Positions 39,075-52,905 of a stretch of 53,916 nucleotides of DNA are shown here, piece by piece. The first letter of the stretch is position 1, and every line of letters starts with the position of its first letter. The position numbers and the translations under genes are program-made. The notes beneath the pieces were generated by a model. That model was given only the letters and a program-made list of their open reading frames with translations, searched no databases and was not told the DNA's origin. Source of the stretch: Eledone cirrhosa (Eukaryota); the NCBI GenBank assembly GCA_964016885.1, contig CAXHJY010000805.1:1-53916 (forward strand). Reading direction: 5' to 3'.

Positions 39075-41846
39075 TGCTTTCACCCATAACGGGATCTTCT
39101 AAAACTAACAAAGTCAATCTGTGAACGCAGAAGTAAATATTTCAAAAAACGTTGCAACCGGAGGAAGACAGGAAGATGATACTTTGGTTCGTGGAAACGT
39201 TCCCTGGCAAAGAACGGGAAAAAACGGATATAATACGTCATTATTTGGAGCGGTGAAAAACAATTACACGCAAAGACAAAACCACGTTTATGGTATAAAA
39301 GAAGTCGTAAACTAATATTCTATTAGGTGGTTCATAGAGACGTTCTCAGGCAATGAACGGAAAAAACGAAGATAATACGTCATATGTGGACCGGGGAGAA
39401 CAATTACACGTAAAGACAAAACCACGTAAATGCTATAACTGAAGTCGTAGACTAAAATTCTAAGTAGGAAACCGAATGATTCTTGGCTTCAGAGTTAAGA
39501 ATAAAGTAAATAAAATACAAAGGTAATTGAAATTAAATAAATACATACACGCATCCATATACCTACATACACAAGCATACACGAAAACACTCGCCATAGG
39601 GATACAAATACACGCACGTACCCCCCCCCCCCCCAAAAAAAAAAAACCGCACGCACATACAGAACCCACGCAACGCCTGTACTCGCACGCATACGAATAT
39701 ATACACCAAATACACATAAAAATATATATTAAAAAAATATATATATATATGTGTGTGTGTGTGCGTGTATACATATAATTAAATAAACGTATATAAATAA
39801 ATAAATACGTATATAACAAGCGCACACACACACCTACATGTAAATACACATATGTTCGGAGACGTACGTCAACCAAAACACAAAGTACACATATACACAC
39901 ACCTTACATATGTACGAACCCACATACTCACACAGACGCTAAACTCACGTATACACATAACCAAAAGCATATGTACCAGAATATATTAATATATACGCCA
40001 TAACATATACAATCAAATATACGTACGAGAAAGTATACGTACCTTCACAAAACATACAGGTAATATATACTTACCTATACAAATAAGTAATGGTATAAAC
40101 ATATACTTAGCTACCACATCAAGACGTAAAATATCCGCGTATAGTTCGTACTATCCGTTAGGGTATAATGTGGGGCTGTAATACAGGAAAGTTTTGTGCA
40201 ATTTATGTTTACAAGTCGAAATTGCCTCAGATTTTTTGTTTAAGATGTGGTCTTTGGCGTAGAGTATTTCCAGGGCCCCAGCGGCGCAGAGGTCACATGG
40301 TCTTTTATTTCCGTTATACGATCTAGCCCTAGCTAGGATCTCCCAATGTAACTTATATTGGGTGTGGTTGTCTTTTAGACTCCAGATATAAGCTGAACGT
40401 GACGTCATATTCCTTCTTAAAGAGTTACGAAAAGAATGGGTATTCATGTAAAGACGCTGCTTGAATCTATTGACGGTTAACCCTATGTAGGCCCTACGGG
40501 ACGTGGGTGTTTCAACCTTACATTTGTAGACAATGTTACTAGATAGGCATTTCCCGGATAGGGGGCAGTCAACCCCATTCCTACAATTACAGTTAGTACT
40601 AACTACCGGGTTGCACGTGTTCCTACGGCTAGGTAGTTTAGCTAAATTTGAAGCTGTGATGTTATGTGCAAGGTTAGGAGTCGTAGAGTAAGAAATTTTA
40701 ATAGTATTTCTATTAAAAATTTTACTATATTTATGTGTAGGGGAAAATGCTTCATAATAAGGGAGAGAAAGATCTTAGCTAATGGTGTGGCCATCTCCAT
40801 ATTATATGGTGGGTTATACCATATAATGCGTCGGGATCTATTTCTTCTAGGTCTATTCTCGTACTCTGTATATGCTACCTTATCGACAAATCCACTCCGA
40901 GCAAGAGCTTCATTGTAATACGTGGAATGGTCGTTGAAAATATGCTCGTTAGTAGATAGACGGGAAAGCCTCAAAGAAACGTTTCTTACCAGGTTCTTGG
41001 TTATGCTGGCAGGATGGTTAGCATGCTTATTTATGTAATTAAGCGTATCATTGCCGTTTTATCCAATTCAACATCAATAATTACTACTCCTCCATCATTT
41101 TACCACTTCTTAGAGCTATCAATTTCGCTAAAACCCTCACAGTGGTTAAGGATTTCGAAGTTGATGTCATCCTCCTCAATGCCCGTAAGTCGGTGATTAA
41201 TTTCGACGACTCTATTTGGATTAAAAAATCTAATAGTACCCCCATTCGACGTGAGTATGGGCGCCAACGATTCTGCGGAGGTTACTGATCTTATCGGCCT
41301 TTTCCTTCTTTTCTCTATCAAGGAAGAATTCCCCAGCGTGGGTGGTGGTTTATACCGTGATGATGGTCTTTTGACCATGACTAAGTGCGGCCCACATGCT
41401 TGCGACAGGTTCAGAAAAGAACTCACAGCCTTCTTTAAAGGCTTCAACCTCTCCATACATGTTGAGGCCAACCTCTCGGTCGTTAATTACCTCGACGTTA
41501 CCCTCAATTTATCGAATGGATTGCATTACCCGTATAGAAAGCCGAATGATACGCTTAATTACATAAGTAAGCACGTATTATCTTCGTTTTTTCCCCGTTC
41601 ATTGCCAGAGAACGTCTCTATGAACCACCTAATAGATTATTAGTCTACGACTTCTTTTATACCATAAACGTGGTTTTGTCTTTGTGTGTAATTGTTTTTC
41701 ACCGCTCCAAATAATGACGTATTATATTCGTTTTTTGCCGTTCTTTACCAGGGAACGTCTTCCTGTCTTCCTCCGGTTGCAACGTTTTTTGAAATATTTA
41801 CTTCTGCGTTCACAGATTGACTTTATTAGTTTCAGAAGATCCCGTT
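39075..41846 (-). mobile_element. Naiad-type PLE with an internal 5' inversion and an inverted tail copy
   Basis: Minus strand 41053-40151: WYNPPY, CNCRNGVDCPLSGKC, IVY..YIG, CDLC; plus strand about 41054-41575: MGANDSAE, GLYRDDG, NYLDVTLNL; tail 39088-39380 is the reverse complement of 41573-41846. Confidence 0.9.
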
Positions 41847-42660
41847 AAAGTGTAAATACATACCTCGATAACTATCTAACACACACGTACAAATCCAAAG
41901 AGATCTGTTTCGTTGTTGACAGAAATGAATAGCCCATGGTTCATCAGCGTGTGTAATGCTATACATTTCAGACAATTCTAAAAGAATCTAAAGCGACCGT
42001 CCAGCCACACCTGGGAGAGAGAAGTCACAGCGTGCCTAGGGCAGTAACCAGTGGGTTCTGAAGGTCGAGCTGCTAGAAAGGGGAGCCCAAACCACTCAGA
42101 GAAGTGTGCTCAACCAAACAGAGAGAGAGGAAAGACTGTTATAAGGAGCGAAAAATCACGATAAATTAACGGAGCCAGAGACTCTCGCTATTCCCTGTCA
42201 GTAATGTGCTCAAAGGAGATGGAATCCCGAGCTTTTTATAATATAATATGTTGAAAAGGTAACACACCAGAGAGAGAGATAGTGCGCCATCAATCAAGCA
42301 AGGAGAAACCACCAGTGTATGGAATCTATAACCCATAGAAGGCAGAGTAGACACACGATAATTAAAAGTATAAATTAAAGTGTAAATACATGTATAGCCT
42401 TACAGACGCTGATGAACCATGGGCTATTCATTTCTGTCAACAACTTATTCGCGGAACAGATCTCTTTGGATTTGTACGTGTGTGTTAGATAGTTTTAGAT
42501 AGTTATCGAGGTATGTCTCTACACTTTAATTTATACTTTTAATTATCATGTGTCTACTCTGCCTTCCATGGGTTATAGATTCCATACACTGGTGGTTTTT
42601 CCCTGTTTGATTGATGGTGCACTATCTCTCTCTCTGGTGTGTTACCTTTTCAACATATTG

Positions 42661-42666
<6 letters not shown>
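41847..42666. mobile_element. Non-autonomous hammerhead-bearing repeat: 530-nt permuted unit (-) plus an inverted partial copy (+)
   Basis: 14-bp terminal redundancy AAAGTGTAAATACA at 41847 and 42377; hammerheads at 41881-41954(-) and 42403-42482(+); homologous to 11225-11590. Confidence 0.75.
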
Positions 42667-42700
<34 letters not shown>

Positions 42701-42833
42701 CAGAATTAGCCGTCGAAACGGCTTGAGCTCAGCTGTCGGGGTCTTACTGGTTCCTATTACCCATTCTACTACCTCAAGTATTGAGTACTTTGGTGCGTTA
42801 TGGTCCACCTGGTTCCTTACCACATTTCCTTCG

Positions 42834-42880
<47 letters not shown>

Positions 42881-42949
42881 AACTCAGACCGTAAAGGGAG
42901 GTAACTATGCTAGAAAGCATGGCTTCCAACCCTCTACCGATACTGCCAA

Positions 42950-43859
42950 ATATAAATATATGAAAAATGGTGTGCTGCGTGGTTGCAAATGGATTACATA
43001 TGAATAAAATTAGTCCTTCAATCACTGATGAAGGACTAATTTTATTCATATGTAACCCATTTGCAACCACGCAGCACGCCATTTTTCATATATTTATATT
43101 TTTTCCTCCGCTGTGACCTGTCTGTTTCTTTCTTACTCTGTATCTCTGTATCTCTTTTTACCCCCTCTGCCAGTCTCTCTCTCAGTTGGCCTCTTCCTCA
43201 CACTTTCACTCACTCACCTTCTGCTACTCCCCCTCTCTCACCTCCTCCCGTTTGACCTGTGTGAAATCCTTTTCTCGCTCACATCTCACCCAGGTCGGAT
43301 GGTCTTTATCTCTCGTCTATGATTTCACAGAACTTAAGTTCATAGAGATCACAGACTTGTTTCTTCTCTTCCTGTCTTTCCGTTGCATTACCATCTTTGT
43401 TTGTTTACATGTCTCGCTCGCTTCACCATAATTTACGTCTCCCAATAACTTTTTTTTAGTTATTGCTCGTACCACCAGAGGTATAGCCAGTCACTCTCTC
43501 TCAGCTGGCCTCTTCCTCACACTTTCACTCACTCGCTCTCTGCTACTCCCCCTCTCTCACTTCCTCCCGTTTGACCTGGGTGAAATCCTTTTCTCGCTCA
43601 CATCTCACCCAGGTCGGATGGTCTTTATCTCTCGTCTATGATTTCACAGAACTTAAGTTCATAGATATCACGGACTTGTCTCTTCTCTTCCTCTCTTTCC
43701 GTTGCATTACCATCTTTGTTTGTTTACATGTCTCGCTCGCTTCACCCTATTTTACGTATCCCAATCACTTTCTTTAATTATTGCTCGCACCAACTAGAGG
43801 TATATGATCTTTAAAGCGAAGAAATACCAATGAAGGTTGGAAGATCACTGATGAAGGAC

Positions 43860-43870
<11 letters not shown>
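42950..43870. repeat. Composite: fold-back with about 70-bp arms (42950-43096), about 317-bp tandem duplication (43169/43486) and a 25-bp direct repeat (43021/43844)
   Basis: Seen directly; the direct repeat ATCACTGATGAAGGACTAATTTTAT holds only the 5' half of a hammerhead core. Confidence 0.8.
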
Positions 43871-43898
<28 letters not shown>

Positions 43899-44102
43899 TC
43901 GGTCTCATGTAAAAGTGAGCCCTAGTATGCTTAATTGTTGTATTTGTTTTGTTTTTCTTAATTTTCTTATTCTTTATGTAGGACTTCTGATATCTTCATT
44001 GAAAGCAACGTTTTTGTATTGGCCCCTAAAGTATTGCCGTGTGCTGCCGAGGGGCCCACTTTCCATCAACTAAGCTGACGACCTGGCTGGCTAATTCGCC
44101 AC

Positions 44103-44252
<150 letters not shown>

Positions 44253-44450
44253 CGAGGGTCGGTTGAAAAATTTAAGGGAAAAGATAGATACTCTCATGGA
44301 ATGACCAAATGAGGTTTATTTTTCAACATAGTCCCTGGAAAGAAGCAATGCAATTATTAATAAGAAGAGTTGAAATTAATGTATGCAAGATTTTACAGCC
44401 CTAGCATTACTCCTTTATAATCAGCCTATGAACTTTTCATTGGACCCTCG
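44253..44450. mobile_element. Tc1/mariner-type MITE
   Basis: TA|CGAGGGTCGGTTGAAAA ... TTTTCATTGGACCCTCG terminal inverted repeats. Confidence 0.75.
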
Positions 44451-45634
44451 CATGTGTGTGTGTGTGAGGTTCAAGATAAAAATGAAGATGAATTTAGGCA
44501 AAAATTATACAAAAGCTTATTAGTTTTACACTCTGTGAGCAAAGGAAAAAGAATATCCCAAAACATCGGTCTTTCATCAAGAAAGAGTAACACCAGAAAC
44601 TCTTATACAGAATAACCAGAATCTCTAATTACCTGTTAAAGCGGAATAGATCACAACACCGAAGACACCTAATAAAACACACACGGTCATTAATTCACTA
44701 CATACCATAACCCACGCTTTATTACTAATTCAACACGACAGCGCAATAGAAATGCCAAATTTTGCCAACCTTTAAGATAAAATCGGTTACACGAAACATC
44801 ACTATACTAAACAAGCACATACCATCAATAGGCTCATTAACTGACAACGTTCTGAGAAAATTCAATGTGCATAACACACCATGTTACCAAAAGAATGTAT
44901 ATAACGTCAGAGGTGACACAAGCATATCACATCTAAACTATCTTTATATTCTATATAGCCTACACAAATACACTTAAGTAGCTCATCATGCTTACGATTT
45001 TCACACCCCAAGACATCGAGTTTAGCTAGAATACAACTACATACCCAGAGAGTGATGGGTTCCAGCCTCCCTGTATTTTCCCAATATATACTGCATCAAT
45101 AGCGCCCCCATGACTCAATATAATCGAAGGAAAATTGAAGTGAAGTGACCACTGCATAGCAAACAAACCGCAACTTTCTTCAGACCCTCACTAGAATAAA
45201 CAACACAACACAAAAATGAATTGTTAAAACTAAAGGAAAAAAGATGAAATCACTCTGACTATGAGAAAGAATTACAATTCAGAGCATTCGAAATAAGCAA
45301 AATCTGCAACATATATAGTGCGGTGTATATATTCAATAAAATGATTGTTGAAAGTTAAAAAAGCACCACAACAAAGCAATTCAATTGGATTTACCGCATG
45401 GACATACAAGGGTCATAGTTTATTACCGAAGCAAATTTCAACTTTCACAATATCTGTCACAACATGCAAAATTACCTCCAAATATTCATACATATACTGC
45501 ATACAACATCTTCGAACACTACTAGTAGTATCCTAAAATCACTATCTCTTCAATCAAGCTTAAAAAACGTGAAAACACACCGCAGTAATTTCATAAACTT
45601 CGTTGTAAATTACAGCACGTAATACTTGACACTT

Positions 45635-47852
45635 AGGATGTATAATGGAAGACAACAGAATGTATAGGATGTATAATAGAAGAGAACAGAATGTATAGGA
45701 TATATAATGGAAGAGAACAGAATGTATAGGGTGTATAATGGAAGAGAACATAATGTATAGGGTGTATAATGGAAGAGAACAGAATGTATAGGGTGTATAA
45801 TGGAAGAGAACAGAATGTATAAGGTATATATTGGAAAATAACAGAATATATAGGATATATAATGAAAGAGAACAGAATGTATAGGGTGTATAATGGAACA
45901 GAACACAATGTATAGGATATATATTGGAAGAGAACAGAATGTATAGGATGTATAATGAAAGGCAACAGAATGTATAAGATGTATAATGGAAGAGAACAGA
46001 ATGTATAGGGTGTATAATGGAAGACAACAGAATGTATAGGATGTATAATAGAAGAGAACAGAATGTATAGGGTGTATAATAGAAGAGAACAGAATGTATA
46101 GGGTGTATAATGGAAGACAACAGAATGTATAGGATGTATAATGGAAGAGAACAGAATGTATAGGATGTATAATAGAAGAGAACAGAATGTATAGGGTGTA
46201 TAATAGAAGAGAACAGAATGTATAGGGTGTAAAATGGGAGACAACAGAATGTATAGGATGTATAATGGAAGAGAACAGAATGTACAGGATGTATAATGAA
46301 AGAGAACAGAATGTATAAGGTATATAATGGAAGACAACAGAATGTATAGGATGTATAATGGAAGAGAACAGAATGTATAGGATATATAATGGAAGAGAAC
46401 AGAATGTATAGGGTGTATAATGGAAGACAACAGAATGTATAGGATATATAATGGAAGACAACAGAATGTATAGGATGTATAATGAAAGAGAATAGAATGT
46501 ATAGGATGTATAATGGAAGAGAACATAATGTATAGGATATATAATGGAAGAGAGCAGAATGTATAGGATGTATAATGGAAGAGAACAGAATGTATAGGAT
46601 ATATAATGGAAGACAACAGAATGTATAGGATGTATAATAGAAGAGAACAGAATGTATAGGATATATAATGAAAGAGAACAGAATGTATAGGATGTATAAT
46701 GGAAGAGAACAGAATGTATAGGGTGTATAATGGAAGACAACAGAATGTATGGGATGTATAATGGAAGAGAACAGAATGTATAGGATATATAATGGAAGAG
46801 AACAGAATGTATAGGGTGTATAATGGAAGACAACAGAATGTATAGGATATATAATGGAAGACAACAGAATGTATAGGATGTATAATGAAAGAGAATAGAA
46901 TGTATAGGATGTATAATGGAAGAGAACATAATGTATAGGATATATAATGGAAGAGAGCAGAATGTATAGGATGTATAATGGAAGAGAACAGAATGTATAG
47001 GATATATAATGGAAGAGAACAGAATGTATAGGATGTATAATAGAAGAGAACAGAATGTATAGGGTGTATAATGGAAGACAACAGAATGTATAGGATGTAT
47101 AATAGAAGAGAACAGAATGTATAGGATATATAATGAAAGAGAACAGAATGTATAGGATGTATAATGGAAGAGAACAGAATGTATAGGGTGTATAATGGAA
47201 GACAACATAATGTATAGGATATATAATGAAAGGGAACAGAATGTATAGGATATATAATGAAAGAGAACAGAATGTATAGGATATATAATGAAAGAGAACA
47301 GAATGTATAGGATATATAATGGAAGAGAACAGAATGTATAGGATGTATAATAGAAGAGAACAGAATGTATAGGGTGTATAATGGAAGACAACAGAATGTA
47401 TAGGATGTATAATAGAAGAGAACAGAATGTATAGGATATATAATGAAAGAGAACAGAATGTATAGGATGTATAATGGAAGAGAACAGAATGTATAGGATA
47501 TATAATGGAAGAGAACAGAATGTATAGGATGTATAATAGAAGAGAACAGAATGTATAGGGTGTATAATGGAAGACAACAGAATGTATAGGATGTATAATG
47601 GAAGAGAACAGAATGTATAGGATATATAATGGAAGAGAACAGAATGTATAGGATGTATAATGGAAGAGAACAGAATGTATAGGATATATAATGGAAGAGA
47701 ACAGAATGTATAGGATGTAAAATGGAAGAGAACAGAATGTATAAGGTATATAATAGAAGAGAACAGAATGTATAGGATATATATTGGAAGAGAACAGAAT
47801 GTATAGGATGTATAATGGAAGATAACAGAATGTATAACGTATATAATGAAGA
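45635..47852. repeat. 31-bp minisatellite, about 71 copies
   Basis: Consensus GGATGTATAATGGAAGAGAACAGAATGTATA; period 31 measured at 45661/45692. Confidence 0.98.
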
Positions 47853-47867
47853 ATATATAGACTAGAT

Positions 47868-48172
47868 CAGGGACGTACAAGAGGCGACCCGTGGGCCACA
47901 ATCCGGTCCGCCAGACCTGTCAGAGTGGCCCACGATGACCGTTTTTAATTTTTACATTGTAGGCTTATTTAGAATTTTTTTCGTAACCGTAATACAATTT
48001 TCTGTTAGTTGACCTATAGTAAAGGGCTTCACTGATAGGGTTATGTGTGTTATAATTTCCCAGTTCCATGTTATGGAAATAAGGTGTAGTGAATCTTTGG
48101 AATAGTGCTTAATAAATATTAATGGCCCTAATAGTTGTTCCAATGTTCAATGGAATATGTTGCACACCCCTG
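47868..48172. mobile_element. hAT (Charlie-like) MITE
   Basis: TIRs CAGGGACGTACAA / TTGCACACCCCTG; exact 8-bp TSD GACTAGAT at 47860-47867 and 48173-48180. Confidence 0.9.
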
Positions 48173-48898
48173 GACTAGATAATAGAAATACCAGAAAGTA
48201 ATGGCGTTTTTTTGTTAGGTCTTATAGTTAATAAAAACACTATTAATAAATTTATTCATCAACAACAAATCACCATCATTAAAAATATCGTTGTCTATCT
48301 TCTTCTTCTTCTTCTTCTTCTTCTTCTTCTTCTTTTTCTTCTTCTTCTTCGGCTACTACCACCAAGAACAAAATATAGGCCACCGCCGCCACCGCCACCG
48401 CCGCCGCCACCGCCATCATCATCATCATCATCATTATATTCTACAATTTTATCGACATCCAATCTAGTAGTGATATTTGCTGAATATGGCATTTCCATTG
48501 TGGTATAATATTCCTATGTTAAAATCTAAATGAAACTACAATTTCTCACATATGTTTTAAAATTTTCTGTGCTATGATTCCTAATAAACAAGTAAACTAA
48601 TACAAACCGCAGTTTATTTAAATTATAAATACATAGAGTTCGTGTAGGTTATTTTCTTAAGCAGAATCTATTAGAAATAAGATATCTGATTTCATGTCAA
48701 AATCCTGAAGTGAAGGCCACGAAATTTAATCTTTATTTATATTAATAAAATCTGTAAACATGTTGATGCGTTTTTCTTTTTATTACAATTGGTTAAAGAA
48801 TAACCAATCAAAGCTATGATCCGGAATCAAGATGTCGACAACGACGACGACGACCACAACGACGACGATTTCTTTATTAACAAGTATTTACATGTAGA

Positions 48899-49142
48899 GG
48901 CGGCGAATTGGCAGATTCCGGCTCTTTGCTCTCTGAGTTCAAATCCCGCCGAGGTCAACTTTGCCTTTCTTCCTTTCGAGGTCGATAAAAAAGTACCAGT
49001 CTACTACTGGGTCAATTCTTCCTCTATATCTCTTTCTAATTTCCTCCCTCTCTCACTTTCTATCTTTCTCTGGGAGTAATCTGCTGTACTCAGGCCTGGA
49101 GAGGAATGGGCTCCACCAGGTTTAAAATGCCCAAGAAACGCC
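48899..49142 (+). mobile_element. tRNA-derived SINE variant with an extended 3' module
   Basis: B box GAGTTCAAATCC plus SINE body, then a CT-rich linker and CAGGCCTGGAGAGG...GCCCAAGAAACGCC; inverted copy at 51823-52108. Confidence 0.85.
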
Positions 49143-49188
49143 GTATGTCACTACGGTGCCCTTAGGAGTCTATCAGGAGTTACGGGAC

Positions 49189-49686
49189 CATACCATACCA
49201 TACCATACCATACCATACCACACCATACCACACCATACCATACCATACCATACCACACCATACCATACCACACCATACCACACCACACCATACCACACCA
49301 TACCATACCACACCATACCATACCACACCATACCATACCACACCATACCATACCACACCATACCATACCACACCATACCATACCACACCATACCATACCA
49401 CACCACACCATACCACACCATACCACACCATACCATACCATACCATACCATACCATACCACACCATACCATACCACACCATACCAACCACACCATACCAC
49501 ACCACACCATACCATACCATACCACACCATACCATACCATACCATACCATACCATACCATACCACACCATACCATACCACACCATACCATACCATACCAC
49601 ACCATACTATACCATACCATACCATACCATACCATACCATACCATACCATACCACACCATACCATACCATACCATACCATACCATA
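49189..49686. repeat. (TACCA/CACCA)n pentanucleotide array
   Basis: Seen directly. Confidence 0.98.
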
Positions 49687-49739
49687 TAGATGGAAGACTC
49701 TACAGAGCGATACAATGTGGCGTAACACGAAAAGATGTG

Positions 49740-50095
49740 TCAAAAAGGGGAGATAACAAGAACAAACACAAAATGGCTAACAATAAAATAAAACCTAGAA
49801 AATTATGCAATTGGGGGAACCTTCTGAAGGCCATTCGTAGAAAGACCCGCAAAACAACGTACATCTGGACCACTAAGGCAATTACCTTCTCCTAGTCGTT
49901 ATCCTCCTATTTACAGGCCTGTTCCTCAGACTATGCTCGCCACTCTCATTCAGCTTTTAGTAAATTTGTTGCAAGACAGTATCTCCTTCTTTATCCTCAA
50001 TTTTGTTTGGCCAAAGAGGAAATTGTCTGTCTTCTGCTCTTTCAATCTTGTCCACCACACAACCTCTTTTGCCATGGCAGCAGACAGATAAAAAC
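49740..50095 (-). pseudogene. Degraded 3' fragment of a Tx1-type LINE
   Basis: AAMAKEVVWWTRLK..NFLFGQ..RIKKEILS, homologous to ORF 27833-28483. Confidence 0.75.
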
Positions 50096-50282
50096 GGAGA
50101 GAGAGAAAGAGAGAGAGGAGGTGATCTGCATACTCTTTTATTCTTTTACCTGTTTCAGCCATCCGGCTGAGGCCATGCTGGCGCACCGCCCTTGCATGTG
50201 TAGAAAAGAATAAAAAAGGGGTTATCTACCCTTAAAGGTAGGGTGATACTGGTATAAACTGTACATATTACATGTCTGCATA

Positions 50283-50337
<55 letters not shown>

Positions 50338-50349
50338 ATTATTTCATAG

Positions 50350-51600
50350 GCATCTTACTAAAGTCCCTCCTCAAACACATTTGAAGCTTCATACGTAACG
50401 ATCTAGCTATACTTAATCGTCTACCAAATCAAAACACATTATTTCATCGGATGTTGTGAACCTATGTAGCAACATTCCACGCGACTACAGAATAGAGGCT
50501 ATTAAATACTGACTAGATTCATTCCTTTATGAGCTAACAAGCGGTATTTATAGAAAATACTGACTAGATTCAGTCTTTAACAACAATTATTTTATGTTCG
50601 ACGAAACGGCCTACCGACAAAAATCAGGAACAGCCACGGAAACAAATATTGTACTAATATATGCGAATCTAGTTATGGGATACCATGAATTAAAAATCTT
50701 CGAAAACAAACTTAACAAATTTATGGGAATGAATTCAGCTACTATATAAAAGAAAACTGAAAAACATACCTGGTTGACGGCTTTATTATGAATAGGAAAA
50801 ATCTTGACATACTGAAAAACTTTCAAAACCTCATCAATGATATAAACACTAACATCCAATTTACTATCAACTTCAGTAAAGAAAAGTTTCCATTTTTAGA
50901 CATAACAATAACAAAAGAAACATAAAACAAGAAACTGATATATATTTCAAAACTAAGGACTCCCGACAATACCTCCTTTTTACATCTCATCCAACACACA
51001 GCCCGTACCAATATTTCACATAATTTAGTTACAGACTTGAAGAGATAGAAAATACACATCAAGAGACACTATCATCAGAATTTAATAGAATTCAGAAAGC
51101 AAGGAAAATTAACATCCAGGAACTTCGAGAAACAAAAGTATAAAAAGAAAAAGGGTTATACCATATATTTCAACTTTTACTCCAAAGTACACTGAAATCT
51201 ACAAACACATACAATATATTTAGTTTTCTACTAAGGGACCAAACAATATGAAAAACCACAAACGCTAAAATCTAGTTATAAAAAGTAAAAGACAAAGTCA
51301 CTAAAAATAGCTACTGAAGAATGCAAAACTGCAAACCGTAATTATAGGTCCTTAAGTAAGGAAATGCGACCGAACTCACAACGAACTATCCAGCTATTTA
51401 TTAGAAGGCTCCGAATTTCATTTCAAAGGGAGACTTATTTTTAAAATGGTGTTATTAAGTTAGACATGACTTGAGCCAATACTGACTGAAACCTATAAAA
51501 GTTATCAAAGTTATCATGTAACTCACAGAATTTAATATATATTTTAACATGTAAAGGTTGCCATGAACACTACATTAGCTAAACAGGTGTCACAATCCGA
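50350..51600 (+). mobile_element. Degraded PLE of a different (Neptune-like) group
   Basis: DVVNLCSNIP, YRQKSGTA..YANLVMGYHE, NIQFTI..FPFLDITI, TDIYFKTKDSRQYL, NLIYILTCKGCHEHYI. Confidence 0.8.
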
Positions 51601-51822
51601 CAGAAAACACCTGGTCGTATTTACTTACGTTCCTTCATTCTCGGTTTAAATCTCATCCAGGCCAACCTTGAAAAATCGATAAAGGATAGATTTTTATATA
51701 GAGAGATAAACAGTGATGAATATTTTTCTCCAGAATAATTTACATAATTAAAAATATGTATGTTATCTATATATGGTCGCATAACTCTTGATTGGGTCGT
51801 AGGGGTTTGTTGGGCATTTTAA

Positions 51823-52108
51823 GGCGTTTCTTGGGCATTTTAAAACCTGGCGGAACCCATCCCTCTCCAGGCCTGACTACAGCAGATTTCTTCCAGAGAA
51901 AGATAGAAAGAGAGAGAGAGAGGAAATGAGAAAGAGATATAGAGGAAGAATTGACCTCAGTACTAGACTGGTACTTTTTTTATCGACCTCGAAAGGAAGA
52001 AAGGCAAAGTTGACCTCGGCGGGATTTGAACTCAGAGAACAAAGAGCCGGAATGAATACCATAAAGCATTCTATCCGACATTCTAACAACTCTGCCAAAG
52101 CGCCACCT
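51823..52108 (-). mobile_element. tRNA-derived SINE variant
   Basis: Reverse complement of 48899-49142 with a complete A/B-box head. Confidence 0.85.
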
Positions 52109-52136
52109 ATACAATTAAAAATATAATGAGCTATGA

Positions 52137-52205
52137 AAATAATTCCAATTCCAATGAACATTTTGTATAATTAAGTTAAAATGTTCATTGGAATTGGAAT
52201 TATTT
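52137..52205. repeat. Perfect inverted repeat with 28-bp arms
   Basis: 52137-52164 / 52178-52205. Confidence 0.9.
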
Positions 52206-52693
52206 GTGAACTGAATGTCGTACGTAAAACATTCTTAAATAACTGAGATTTGCCTCTTAGTTGTAGAAAAGACTTCCTTTTTTCCTGGTCCCTCCACTGT
52301 CGAGGGGGTGTTTATTATGCAGCATGTCTTGTGCAAATACAGCCCGGCAGAGCTCATCCATTTTCCATCTTGATGTGTGTCTACATTATCTAATATCTAC
52401 ATATCTCACAATGCTTCGTATTAACTACACTACACTTTTCTCTAATATATTTTCTTTTTATCTAAAACAATAGAGATTCATTTGATATTTTCAGCTGATT
52501 GTGTGACCATGCAGGAAGCTTTTCATTGGCTAGATATTCTGGTGTGACAGCAGCCAAGTGATTGAAATCTGTAATAGAATACAAGACATAATAGTTTAAA
52601 TATGGATTGATTTCAGATTACACTGTTATCTATTAGATCTTCATTAGAAACTAAATACAAAGTATGTTTAGATTTATTATATAGTAAAAGTAA

Positions 52694-52905
52694 AGGTGGT
52701 GGATTGGCAATATCGAGTGAGTGACGCACAACATGCTTTGTGGTATAAAGTTATGGCCCTTTATGTTTTGGGTTCAAATCCAGCCAAATTTAGCTTTGCA
52801 TTTCATCCTTACGGGACCGATAAAATAAAGTAACAATAACGCACTAGGGTCGACTCAATCGATTTCCCCTCTCCTTCAAAATGTGTCAAAAGTAGAAAGA
52901 ATTAT
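52694..52905 (+). mobile_element. Diverged tRNA-derived SINE (further copies at 694-835, 18750-18850, 20929-21070, 42877-42948)
   Basis: GGTTCAAATCC B box, CTTTGCATTTCATCCTTACGGG, GATAAAATAAAGTA. Confidence 0.8.

Noticed and set aside
43021-43045. CTGATGAAGGAC hammerhead start (also at 43848)
   Set aside because: No GAAA, stem III or stem I partner downstream; at most a truncated remnant
44460-45630. Possible decayed LINE APE fragment (IDH- and SDH-like bits)
   Set aside because: Too degenerate to support without a translated search
45635-47852. CRISPR-like regular array
   Set aside because: No unique spacers, no cas genes, eukaryotic context
45560-47901. ORFs of 434-763 aa
   Set aside because: Translations of the 31-bp minisatellite; all three frames are open and give the same 31-aa cycle
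49151-49743. GMVWY / HTIPY repeat ORFs
   Set aside because: (TACCA)n pentamer array
52230-52570. Possible minus-strand exon after TTACAG
   Set aside because: Short frame, no recognisable domain and no partner exons
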